Below are positions 53,412 to 64,000 of a DNA stretch of 64,000 nucleotides, piece by piece. Below the pieces are notes generated by a model. It did not search any database. It had not been told where the DNA came from and saw only the letters and a list, made by a program, of their open reading frames with translations. The stretch is from Azolla caroliniana (lineage: Eukaryota; Plantae; Polypodiophyta). The position numbers and the translations under genes are program-made. The stretch is from positions 19,096,001 to 19,160,000 of the forward strand of contig JBHGNT010000006.1 in the NCBI GenBank assembly GCA_043228905.1. Reading direction: 5' to 3'. The first letter of the stretch is position 1, and the number at the start of each line of letters is the position of its first letter.

Positions 53412-56400
53412 AGAGGGCTATCAAGGCGTGGGGCCGAGACAGTCCGGACACTCGGGAAAGACCCCACAGCTGTACAATAGAACCGAAACCGAAGAAACCC
53501 TGTACGATAGGTAGAAAATTTTGCTTCTCCAACAACGGAGGGTGTATGATAGTCGACATCGTTGGCCGAGAAAAGGCAAGGGCGGAGGAGAGACTTCGAG
53601 CGTGCGGAGTTCTCGGCCCGGAAGAGGAAATCAGCGGAGCCGTGGAGGCGGTCTCCTTCGACGACACCTTGGGGATGCTGAGGAAGGTAGCGGAGAAGAC
53701 CTTAACGAAGACCGGACGATACCGGTATGTTCCGAAGAGATGTACGAAGTCATCGCGAACTTTAGTCTAGGGCTCGGGTCGGATCGGACGGCCCGGGTTA
53801 GCACGAAGTACAAGACTGTGGACCGGAAGGTAAGGCCAGTCGCGGCACTCTTACCGGAGGGCACCGAATCCCGAATCAGAGGGGTTGCGTCGGACCCCAG
53901 TTTACGAGATCCAGTCTGCATAGGACACACCTTCACCGACGGGACGCTCCGGGAGCTCAAAATCGGTGGGGGCGGGTTCCTACTGCCGGCAGAAGAAGAC
54001 CGGTTTCGGAGAATGCTCGGAAGGCACGGGAAATCCTTCGCATTCTCACCGGAAGAGATCGGGTGCGTAGACCCGACAATTGTGGAGCCGATGGTGATAT
54101 TCACGGTACCGCATGTGCCGTGGAATCTCAAGCCGATTCCAGTACCGAGAGCTCACATCCTGAAGTTGATGGAGCTATTGAGGCAAAAAGTCGATATGGG
54201 CATTCTCGAACCGTCGAGTGCCCCATACTCGAACCGATGGTTTACCGTACCAAAGAAAAACGGAACGATACGCTTCATTCAAGACCTGCAGCCGGTCAAC
54301 AGAGTGACCATTCGGAACGCAGGAATCGAACCGACCATAGACGAGTTCGCGGAGGTCTTCGCCGGAAGGTCGATTTACTCGGTCGGGGATCTATACTCGG
54401 GGTACGACCAGTTCCAGCTAGCCGTGGAGAGCAGAGACATTACGACGATGCGAACTCCCCTCGGCCTAGTGCGAATGTGTACCCTGCCACAAGGAGGGAC
54501 CAACTCGGTGGCCCACATGGTGAATGCAATGAACAAGGTACTGAGGGATTGCATCCCGGACATCACCATGCCGTTTCTAGACGACATCCCGATCAAGGGG
54601 TGCCCGGTGGAAGAGAAGGACGAGACACTCGGGCCGGACGGATGCCGGCGATTCGTGGCAGCACACATCGACGACTACGAGAAGGTGCTACAAAGGCTAG
54701 AGGATGCGAGGCTCACTTCTCCGGGGAGAAATCGGCCTTCGGGCAATCAGAAATCCTGGTGGTCGGACACCTATGTGGACCATATGGCCGGAAGCCATCT
54801 CCGGCAAAGGTAGAAGCCATCTCCACGATGAAGACCGACTGTAGCTCGGTTACGGAAGTTCGGAGGTTCCTGGGGGCATGCGCATTCTACCACATATGGA
54901 TCCCGCATTACGCCCACGTTGCTGAGCCGCTATACGGGTTGTTGAAGAAGGGGCGAAAATTCGAGTGGCGAGACGAGCACACGGAGTCGGTCCGGAAGCT
55001 GAAGGAAGCTCTTGCGGTAGCACAGGCGCTCCGGAAGGCTATCTACGAGAGGGGTACCCCGGTATACATAACGGTGGATACGAGTCCGACCGGGATCGGA
55101 TGGGTCGTCAACCAAGAAGACGAGGACGGCATTCGGTTCCCGATCCGATTCGGCGCGAAGGTCCTCAGTGAGCGACAGCGAGGGTACGCCCAGGTTAAAC
55201 GCGAACTCTGGGGTATCGTTTCGGCAGTAAAGGCCGACAAAGACTACCTGATCGGGACAGGAGTGGTTATCGAGACGGATTGCCTGCCAATTCTCGGCAT
55301 GGTTTCCGGATGCGTGACACCGGACCTGGCGATGCTCAGGTGGATAGCGTACATCAAGTCCCTGGACCCGGAAACACGACACATTTCCGGAAAGGACAAC
55401 GCCATGGCAGACATGCTTTCGAGGGTGAGGTTTGATGACGAGGGCGGCATGGTTTCGGAGGACGAAGAAGTCGGCGTGGACTTCTTCGAGGCAGCGTACG
55501 TGACGACTGATGGGACGAGCACTCCGGCGCTTAACGGCTTCGACGAGACCAAGTACGACGGCGAGTGGCTACAGATCGGAGGGTACTTAAGGACCATGAC
55601 GCCGGATGCGTCATGGATGAGGGACGAGACCAACCGGATTCGGAAGAAAGCATACCGATTCTTTCTCCGGGACGGATACTTATGGAAGCATCCGAAGAAG
55701 AGGAACGGCGTCCCGCTCCGGGTGGTGGCGATGAAGGAAGAACAGGAGGAGTTGCCGACGGCCTACCATGACAGCCCTTGGGCTGGACACCGTGGAACGT
55801 GGGCCACGTTTGAGAAGATAAAGGGGAAGTACTGGTGGCCAGGACTGTACCGGGACGTGCATCGGTTCGTGACAACTTGCGAGAGCTGCCAGATGCACTC
55901 TGTAGTCCGACATCGGGACGAGCTTCACCCTACGTACCCTCCGACCATCCACTTCAAATGGATGGTAGATCTGGTGACGATGCCGATGGGAGTAGGACAG
56001 ATGCGGTATCTGGTCTTGGCTCGGGAAGATCTGACGAACCAGGTGGAAGGCTGGGCCCTTCAGAACAAAACAACCGCGACCGTATGTCGGTTCCTGATTG
56101 AGGACGTGATATGCCGGTACGGGTGCGTCGAGAAGATCGTGGCTGATCGCGGGGAGTTGGACGCCGAAGAGGCCGAGGAGCTGTTCGACCGGCTAGGAGT
56201 CAAGCTCTCCTTTACCACTGTGTACAATCCGGAGGCGAATGGGAAGGTGGAGCGCGGACACGGACCGATCGTCAAGGCGTTAGTTCGGGCATGCGGAGGT
56301 CAAGTCGGGAACTGGCCGCGGCTGCTGCCTTACGCGTTGTGGGCGGACCGAACTACGCACAGTTCGGTAACCGGATTCATGCCGGCAGAGCTCATGTTTG

Positions 56401-56902
56401 GGCAGAAGCCAATCATGCCAATGGAATGTACGATCTCCTCATGGGCGACCGTGGACTGGAAAGACGAGATGAGCCGGGAGGAACTGTTGGCGGCGCGCAT
56501 ACGACAGCTCGAGCGAAGACCGGAGGACGTGGAGCAGGCCGCGGGAAAGCTTCGGGTGCAAGGACGAGGAACAAAGCCTGGTTCGACCGAACGCACCGGC
56601 TCCGACCGAAGAAGATCGAGGAAGGCGACTGGGTGCTAGTCTACGACAGCAGCCTTGACAACCAGCACCAATCGACACGAAAGTTCGCGAGAAGGTGGTT
56701 CGGACCTTACATGGTACAAAGCGCCAACAACAACGGGACGTACCATCTGGCAGAACTCGACGGCACGAGAATGGCGATACCGGTAGCTGGGAAGCGGATC
56801 AAAGCGTTCAAGAAGCGTCACAACGACGAGCCGGATCCGGTTGACCTGGACCGCGACGACGAACGATCCGAAACCGAGGAAGACCCGACGGGCGGAGAAT
56901 GA
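53402..56902 (+). pseudogene. G3 ORF2 (-1 frame): RT, RNase H, integrase
   Basis: Open from 53402 in the -1 frame. Motifs: DLYSGYDQ, LPQGGTNS, PFLDDIPIKG, TVDTSP, H-H-C-C, VDL..ADRG..NGKVER, WFGPY. Single-base frameshifts near 53692, 54717 and 56560. Confidence 0.88.
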
Positions 56903-57750
56903 AGGCTGGACCGGTTTTCTCCATCCCAACTCAATTTGGCGCATGCCGGTGGATGCACGGTTAGGTGGGGGCGGATGTCCTGAAGAAAACCGTCCACAAG
57001 CGGAATCGGTGCGCCGAAGCATAGGAACCGGCTCTTCAAGCACGTACGCCTTATGTTATACATAAGAGAGAATTAGGTACATAGGAGATCCTAGGTAGGT
57101 AGATTCAGTGGGTAGGAAGTTAATAGGAAACGGCTCCTTCCTTGCCTATAAAGGGAGGGAGACGAGAAAGGGGAAGGGATCGGAGAGACGAGGACGAAGT
57201 GCTGTCGGTTTGTGGAAAAGGCTTCTCTCTCTCTCCCCAGCTCCGTGGCTTCCTTCTGTGTAGGTTTCAGGAGGCTCGCGCTACTCTAAGGAATGCCCGA
57301 GTGCTTCCGGCAGCACCTCCAACCTACTCCTTTCTTTCTGTGCGCTTACGAACAGGCATCGGCATCTGTTCGCCGGCCTGTTCAGTTGTAACCGACTTCG
57401 TGCTTCTTGTTGTTTGGTTTGTTAATATATATATTTACATACATTCGTGTCTCTCTGTGTCGGTGTCCCACTCGCGTCTTTGTGTCGAAGGGCCGTGTCC
57501 CCTGTGAATCTGCGCTCGCACGTAGTGGGTCCCCTCCCTTCTCCTTTCTCTTTTGCTCTTCGGTACAAGACCCCCGAGGTCCCGCCTCATTCCACGCATC
57601 CGCGAGGAATACCTCGACAACGGAGGAGCCGACAAGTCGAGGGGCACTAGTACCACGACAACAATGGAGCTGACAAGGGCCTTACGAGTAGACAAACTGA
57701 CCGAAAGGGTCGAGATGCGCGGAACCGGAGGGGTCGAAAAGCGAAGGACT

Positions 57751-60700
57751 TGTTAGAGCGATGATCTAAGGTAAGCATATGATAAGGATAAAATATAGAT
57801 AGATAGAAAGGAGAGAGAGAAAGAAGGGTGTCGATCATCCCGACCACCCGTAAGAGAAGGGATCGAGACGGACTTGAACCTCAATTGGCATCCCATACCA
57901 CCGTCGTGGAGTCGAGTCGTACCTGGTGCTGGCGCGCTCACTACAAGAGTTGACCCATCACAACATCAGAGTCTCGACGTAGTCAAAAGATGATGAAATG
58001 AGGGTAGCTAGGCCTCATATTTATAGCGAAACCCAAGGCGCCCAGGCAAGTTCACACTTGGCCTAATGGGTTGTCTCAATCCCAAGGATTAAAAGTAATC
58101 CTCCCCTTCTTTACACTCTCGTTTAACCCTCACACTTATCCACGTGTATAGAATACTACGGTAAATTCTCACCACGGGATATTATATGGTCATGCCCATA
58201 ACATACTCCCCCTCTTTAAAACATTGCACTCTTGCAATGGAAAGTTACGGAAGTTAGTCCTAAGAGTATTTTCGTGTTCCCATGTGGCATCTTTGATAGA
58301 TTTATCCATCCATTTAATTTTAAATTCTCGGATTATTTTAGTATGCAAATTTTTTGTTTTAACATCGAGAATTCTTTCTGGTACATGGGGTTTAGAAGAC
58401 AATTCTTCAGAAGTAACCAGTGTTTCAGTTGTAATTGTATTGTCGCCAGAACCTAGAAATTCTTTTAGATGACTTACATGAAAAACTGGCTGAATTTCAA
58501 CGCCATCGGGAAGAGCGAGACGATAGGCTGATGAACCAATGTGTTTGAGGACTTGAAAAGGTCCACAAAACCGTGAGGCTAACTTAGCGCACTTACTCGT
58601 AGACAATGTCTTAGAATTGTGAGGTACACATAAAAAGACCTTTTGTCCATGGTTGAATACACGAGGTTGCCTATTATGATCAGCATAAAAACACGCTCTA
58701 TCTTGAGCTGTTTTTATATTATCTCGTGCAATATGCAACATATCTTGCATGTCCCGAAGAAAGGTTTGCGTACTTCGCAACTCATCATGATTTATATTAA
58801 CATCAATCGGGGTTCGTGGTTGAAAATCATACATGAACATAAAAGGATTGTATCCCGTTGACGTATGCTTGGAGCTATTATAAGCAAACTCCAAAATTGG
58901 GAGATAATGTTCCCATTTTGTTGGTTTTGCACCAACGTATGCTCGAAGCATGTCCTCAATAATTTGATTTACTCCTTCTATCTGTCCATCGGATTGAAGA
59001 TGATCCGTGGAGCTCATGCTCAACGTAGTTTCTAATTTCTTAAAGACTTGCATCCAGAAGTCACTAGTAAACTTTGGATCTCAATCACTCACGATATCTA
59101 TCGGTAACCCATAAAAACAAAATAACTCGTCAACAAATTGGTAAGCCAATTCAGGAGTTGTTACTGTGGTTTTAGTAGCAATAAATCTAGCCATTTTAGT
59201 TAGTCTATCAACCACAACCCACAACCCATATGGCATCATGGCCTTTTTGGGTGCGGTGAAGGCTAACAATAAAATCCATGGATATACTTTCCCATTTATT
59301 ATTGGGAATGTCCAAGGGATGTAAAAGTTTTGCGGCTTTAAATCGCTCGACTTTGTTAACCTGACATTAGTGACATTTAATCACATAGCTATGTATGTCA
59401 GGACGCATCTTAGGCCAATAAAATTGAGTGGAGATGAGAACGAGTGTACGATGTATTCCAGGGTGCCCTGCTAAGGGTGAATCATGGCATTCAAAAAGAA
59501 TTCTCTTTTTGACCTCAGGCAAATCTGGAACACAAACCTTCCCATTACGGTAGAGTAGACCATTAGCAATGTGGAAGTATTCCTTTGAGGATGTGGTGGT
59601 GTCTGTTCCAGACTCAACTCGTGCCCACTATTTCGCAAAATAATTGTCATCGGGATACTTTCCTCGAAGGTGATCATAAAGATCTTATGTTATTTCAGTG
59701 AAGTTAAGCATGTTAACTTCACAGATGCAACTAAGTTAGTGCATTAGCGACAATGTTCATGGAACCTTTACGATATCATATGGAAAAATCAAAGTCTTGG
59801 ATGAGATCAGCCCATCATGCCTTACGACCTTTCAGGTCTTGTTGGTCACAGAAATATTTCAAGGACTCGTGGTCCGTAGTTACCACAAAACGATTTCCAT
59901 AAAGATAATGGCGCCATGGTTTGAGCGCATGTATAACTGCAAATAATTCCTTTTCTTGAATGGTATACCGACATTGAGCATAATCAAGTTTCTTACTCTC
60001 GAATGTTATTGGTTTACCATCTTGATATAAGACAACACCTATAGCATAATCGCTTGCATCGGTTTCAACCTCAAAAGGTTTTGAAGGATTAGGTAAAAGA
60101 AGCGAAGGAGCCTTGCACACTAGGTCCTTGAGTTCCTTAAAGGCTATGTCTAGTGTAGCATTCCACACAATAGGTTTTTGTAGACTTACATGTTTGACCT
60201 TTTAGAAAATCAGTAAATGGCGTCGTCAATTGGGAGTAATTACGAAGCGATTTTCGCAAAAACTCGACAAAACCAAGGAATGATCAAACTTCTTGAATAT
60301 TCCGAAGAGTGGGCCAAAGTTTGATTTTCTTGATGCGAGAAGGATCAGTTTCAACTCCTCGTTCGGTATGAGATGTCCAAGATAAGTAATTGATTTCTTG
60401 AAGAACTCGCATTGTGAGATCTTCGCGTAGAATTGCTTGTCACGCAATGTTTGTAAAACAAAGCGGACATGTTTAGCATGTTCTTCTAATGTACGACTAT
60501 AAACTAAAATATAATCCAAGAAAATAACAACAAATTTTCCGAGTTGTTCTCGAAAAATGTCATTCATTTCTTTTTGAAATGTGGCCGGAGCATTGGTCAA
60601 ACCAAAAGGCATAACCAAAAACTCATAATGGTCATAGCGCATACGAAATGTCATTTTAGGAACATCGTCCTCACCTATACGAATTTGATGGTAGCCCGTA

Positions 60701-62026
60701 CGAAGATCAAGTTTCGTAAAATACCGAGCTCCCTGGAAACGGTCAATTAGATCGTCAGCTCAGGGAAATGGATATGAATTTTTGATAGTCACTTTATTCA
60801 GGAGTCGGTAATTAATACACATACGCCATGTGCCCTCTTTCTTTTTTACCAAGAGAATAGGTGCACCCCATGGAGATTTACTATAACGTATATAACCCAT
60901 TTGTAAATAGTCCTTGAGTTGCTTAGATACCTCATCCTCTTCGGATCGACTTAAGCGATAAGGAGGTATACTTATTGGTGCAACGCCAGGTACAATATCT
61001 ATACGATGGCCTATATTACATTTAGGAGGTAACCCATGTGGTAGTTCACTTGGAAAAACATCACAAAAATCATTAGATTTCATCGAGTTGTTGTTGTTCA
61101 AAATATGATCATTGACCTGAGACATTATCGATATTGTAAACATGAATGTCTGGATCAAGTACACAATAAAATAAAGTACAACAAGACAACTCAGATGTTG
61201 ATGGCAGGAAACAATCGAAAGAGATTGTTTTTTAACACATTGAATAAAATGAGTACAGTTCGTTCAGTACAAAAGTAATTGAATGATGAACCCAATTAAT
61301 AGATAAAGAAGAGTTTTTATTAAAAAACCAGGGATAACCCAGTATTACATCAGTGGTACAAAGATTCCTTACATGAAAGTCTACTTCCTCTATATAAGTA
61401 TCAATAGAAATTCCTAATGAATGAATTGCCCCGTTGATGTATTTTACTCTTCCATCGGCCAAGTGCACCCTATAGGTGTGATCACTTACGATGGGTTGGA
61501 TTCCTCATATCTGAACCAAACGATCATTCACAAAATTGTGTGAGCTTCCCGAATCAAATAAAAATTGTATGGGAGATCCATTGATATACCCGTTTGCACA
61601 TAGTAAATCATTGGGTCCCAATACATAGTGAGGAAAAAGAACATTGACAATTACTTAAATGATGTGTATAGACCTAAAGGACATTAGGAATCTGACCTTA
61701 TGGTCTACAACTTTTGCTTTGTTGTCGTGCTCTTTCCGTTGGAGCTTTCAACATTGTTTTTTTGTATGACCTTTATTTTTGCAGAATACGCAAAAAGGAT
61801 GTCGTCGCTTACAATCGCGATCGTTGGGTGTCTTGCGTTTCCCAACAAATTGCGATTGCATAGTCCCGGGTGCTTCGTTGGGTTTGTTATGGTCCTTCTT
61901 CGAAGTGCATTGATAGCGAAGAACTATTTCAATGGCCTCTTCGAAGGATTTTGGATCCTTATCGTGCATTATCCAGTGATAGTCCGAATTGGGGATGCTA
62001 TTGACAAAACAAGCTATTAACCAGTT
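57751..62026 (-). mobile_element. Degenerate chromovirus Ty3/gypsy (Reina/Tekay-like)
   Basis: 3' LTR 57751-58203, PPT 58204-58214. Integrase C-terminus has GPF and a chromodomain (PERILDVK..REFKIKW..DATWE). [21 protein letters not shown] (catalytic D mutated), RNase H ETDASDYAIG, zinc knuckle CVFCKNKGHTKKQC. The 5' part is interrupted by copia A7. Confidence 0.9.
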
Positions 62027-64000
62027 TGTTGAGCGGCAAGCTCAACCGGAGCCGGATCGGCTGAATAAGCCGGAGCCGGTGAGCGAGACGGATCGGGCGA
62101 AACGGATCGGTATGACAGTGAGCAACCGAACCAGAAAGCAGTGGAGGCCGGGTGCAATCCGTAACCGGCAGTCCAATCGGAAGCCTAGTACAGGATAGAC
62201 TACTAGGTAGCTATAGTCTCGTAGTAAGTGTCTGATGCTCGTGTGAGCATTGAAGTACATGGTACTTCTGTCAGTCCCAAGAGGACTTGTATAAATAGTG
62301 CTACTTAGCACAGTGTATAAAAAAGGGTCTTGATATAATTTTGAAATTGTGTTCTGCTCTCTCTCTCTCGCTCGCTCTCTCTCTCTCTCTCTGTGTTGTT
62401 CTCTGTTTTACGCTTCCGCAAACACTTACGTTTACATGGTATCAGAGCACGAGGGTTGATAACCTCTGCTGCAGACATTTACTCTTGAGAAGAAAACCCT
62501 AACAGGTCGAAAACAGACACACTAGAAGACATGGATAGAGGCATGGCTACGTCGCTCCCGGTGGAGAAGCTCGACAGGAGCAACTACGCATCCTGGTCTT
62601 ACAAGATGCACCAGTACTTGCTTGGACACGGGTACTGGAGTTATGTCGAAGGAGCGAATGATGCGGCGCCAGACTCGGCACACAAGGACTTCCCGGTATG
62701 GGAACAGGCGGCAAGCAGGGTGATGTACTGCTTCGCGTCCAGTGTCGGCGATCAGCTGCTCAGCCACATCCGTGACGCCAAGACACCGAAGGATGCTTGG
62801 GGGAACCTGAAAAAGGTTTTCGCTGCAAGCACCACTGCCCAGAAGCTGCAACTCAGACAGGAGTTGAGCAATGTTCGACAGAAGAACATGTCCGTGGCAG
62901 ACTACACGGGCCGGATAAAGGAGATCTGCGACTCGCTCGCCTCTATCAATGTTACCGTAGAGGAAGACGAGATGGTGCAGGTATGTCTCAGAGGCCTGGC
63001 GTCCAAGTTCGGAGCGTTCCGAACTGCGGTGTGTACAAGGGAGAATACCCCCTCATTCTTCGACTTACAGTCGATGCTCCTTGTAGAGGAGAACCACGCC
63101 GGTGCATCTACCAGTGCATCCCCGGACAGCCGAATGTTGTACACGGGAACGGATCGGCTCCATGGGCGTGGTGGAAGAGGTGGATCGGCACGCAATAGAG
63201 GCGGCCGGCAAGAGCAGGAACGGAGGCACTATGAGCGTGCCGACAGCAGTTCCGGGACTTCCACAAGCAGGGGGAGTCAAGGCGGTGCCGGAGGCTGGCA
63301 AGACAAATCCGCTACAGAATGCTGGTACTGTGGCAAAAAAGGCCACAGGGAAAGCGAGTGCTGGAGAAAGCGTGCCAATTCGGACAAATCCGGATCCGGA
63401 TCCGGATTCGGGCAAAACTCGCACTACGCAAACGGATCAGGAGGATCCGGAACCGGAAAGGCCAGTAAGGGGCCAGCCTTGGTGATGAATCACAAGGCAA
63501 ACTCAATGAAGCAGACCACTTCCAAAACGGAGGAAGTGTGGTATGTTGATTCCGGCGCGTCGAACCACATGATGAGCCACAAAGAGTGGTTCTCCTTTCT
63601 GGAGAAACCGGATCAACCAGGAGTAGTCGAAACCGGAGATGACACTCCTCACCCAATCGTGCACGTCGGAGAAGTCCCTCTAAGCCACGTCGGACAGAAA
63701 GGGAAGCTGATGAACGTATTACACGTTCCGACAATCACGAAGAACCTGGTGTCCGTCGGTCAGATTGTCGACCAGGGGATGCAGGTGCGGTTTACGCACC
63801 TCGGGTGCTTCATTGAGGATGAGGGCGAAGTCATTGCACAAGGGCGCAGAGACGGGAGGATGTTTATCCTCAACACCAATGACTTTGGCATCGCTCTGTT
63901 TGCGAAACGACAGAAGGTCGAGTCGGACATCGACCTGTGGCACAAGCAGATAGGCCACGTCAACTACCGGAGGCTTCAAGACCTGCAAACGAAACAAGTC
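62027..64000 (+). mobile_element. Ty1/copia family A copy A7 (5' part; runs off the window end)
   Basis: LTR 62027-62436 (TGTTGAG...TTTACA). PBS TGGTATCAGAGC at 62437-62448. Confidence 0.95.
62531..64000 (+). CDS. Copia Gag-Pol polyprotein, partial and apparently open to the window end
   Basis: MDRGMATSLPVEKLDRSNYASW..., CWYCGKKGHRESEC, WYVDSGASNHM, DLWHKQIGHVNY. I found no stop when translating the 490 codons by eye. Confidence 0.85.
   Translation, partial: MDRGMATSLPVEKLDRSNYASWSYKMHQYLLGHGYWSYVEGANDAAPDSAHKDFPVWEQAASRVMYCFASSVGDQLLSHIRDAKTPKDAWGNLKKVFAASTTAQKLQLRQELSNVRQKNMSVADYTGRIKEICDSLASINVTVEEDEMVQVCLRGLASKFGAFRTAVCTRENTPSFFDLQSMLLVEENHAGASTSASPDSRMLYTGTDRLHGRGGRGGSARNRGGRQEQERRHYERADSSSGTSTSRGSQGGAGGWQDKSATECWYCGKKGHRESECWRKRANSDKSGSGSGFGQNSHYANGSGGSGTGKASKGPALVMNHKANSMKQTTSKTEEVWYVDSGASNHMMSHKEWFSFLEKPDQPGVVETGDDTPHPIVHVGEVPLSHVGQKGKLMNVLHVPTITKNLVSVGQIVDQGMQVRFTHLGCFIEDEGEVIAQGRRDGRMFILNTNDFGIALFAKRQKVESDIDLWHKQIGHVNYRRLQDLQTKQV

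Larger units (their letters stand above)
50607..57619 (+). mobile_element. Full-length non-chromovirus Ty3/gypsy copy G3 (Phygy-like)
   Basis: LTRs at 50607-51249 and 56976-57619 with about ten differences by eye. Exact 4-bp TSD ACGG. PBS TGGTGAACCCGACGT at 51253-51267, complementary to the plant tRNA-Trp 3' end as I recall it. PPT ~56963-56975. Domain order Gag-PR / RT-RH-INT with a GPY/F motif and no chromodomain. Confidence 0.96.
49073..57750 (+). mobile_element. Decayed copia family A copy A6 (RT, RNase H and 3' extension), split by gypsy G3
   Basis: LYVDDL at ~49245, RNase H ORF 49609-50052 and CTTGAGGGGGAG at 50141-50152. The extension (ORF 50298-50579) continues after G3 at 57624-57750. 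Confidence 0.82.

Noticed and set aside
51986-56565. In-frame TGA at 51986 and frameshifts near 52334, 53692, 54717 and 56560 in G3 as possible recoding sites
   Set aside because: G1 or G2 read through the frameshift positions in one frame, so these are mutations or sequencing indels. The TGA region is deleted in the other copies, so readthrough there is unsupported.

Overview
Eukaryotic plant genomic DNA, probably from a non-seed plant such as a fern, lycophyte or bryophyte. That host call is inferred from the retroelement types and is not proven. The window has one intact host gene: an 11-exon MEKK-type MAP3K of the YODA/MAP3K-alpha group (8872-14395, +, about 807 aa), whose splice phases I traced by hand. 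Almost everything else is a nested, deletion-riddled pile of LTR retrotransposons. It holds at least three Ty1/copia families (my labels A, B and C; all use a tRNA-iMet PBS), three copies of a non-chromovirus Ty3/gypsy family (G1-G3; tRNA-Trp-like PBS, FLDD reverse transcriptase, 4-bp TSDs), one decayed chromovirus and one CACTA end. The best hunt result is in the three gypsy copies, which include a diverged subfamily. Each ends its Gag-protease ORF at G_GAU_UUU_UAG, followed after 5-6 nt by a predicted H-type pseudoknot, with RT-RH-INT in the -1 frame. This is a candidate programmed -1 frameshift placed after the protease. Other notable items: a conserved extension of Pol past RNase H with a duplicated PPT in copia family A, two PPT-LTR-PBS shared-LTR junctions, an in-frame Gag/RNase H chimera, and a possible NMD-triggering 3'UTR intron in the kinase gene. 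All alignments and base pairings were done by eye; no searches or folding programs were run.
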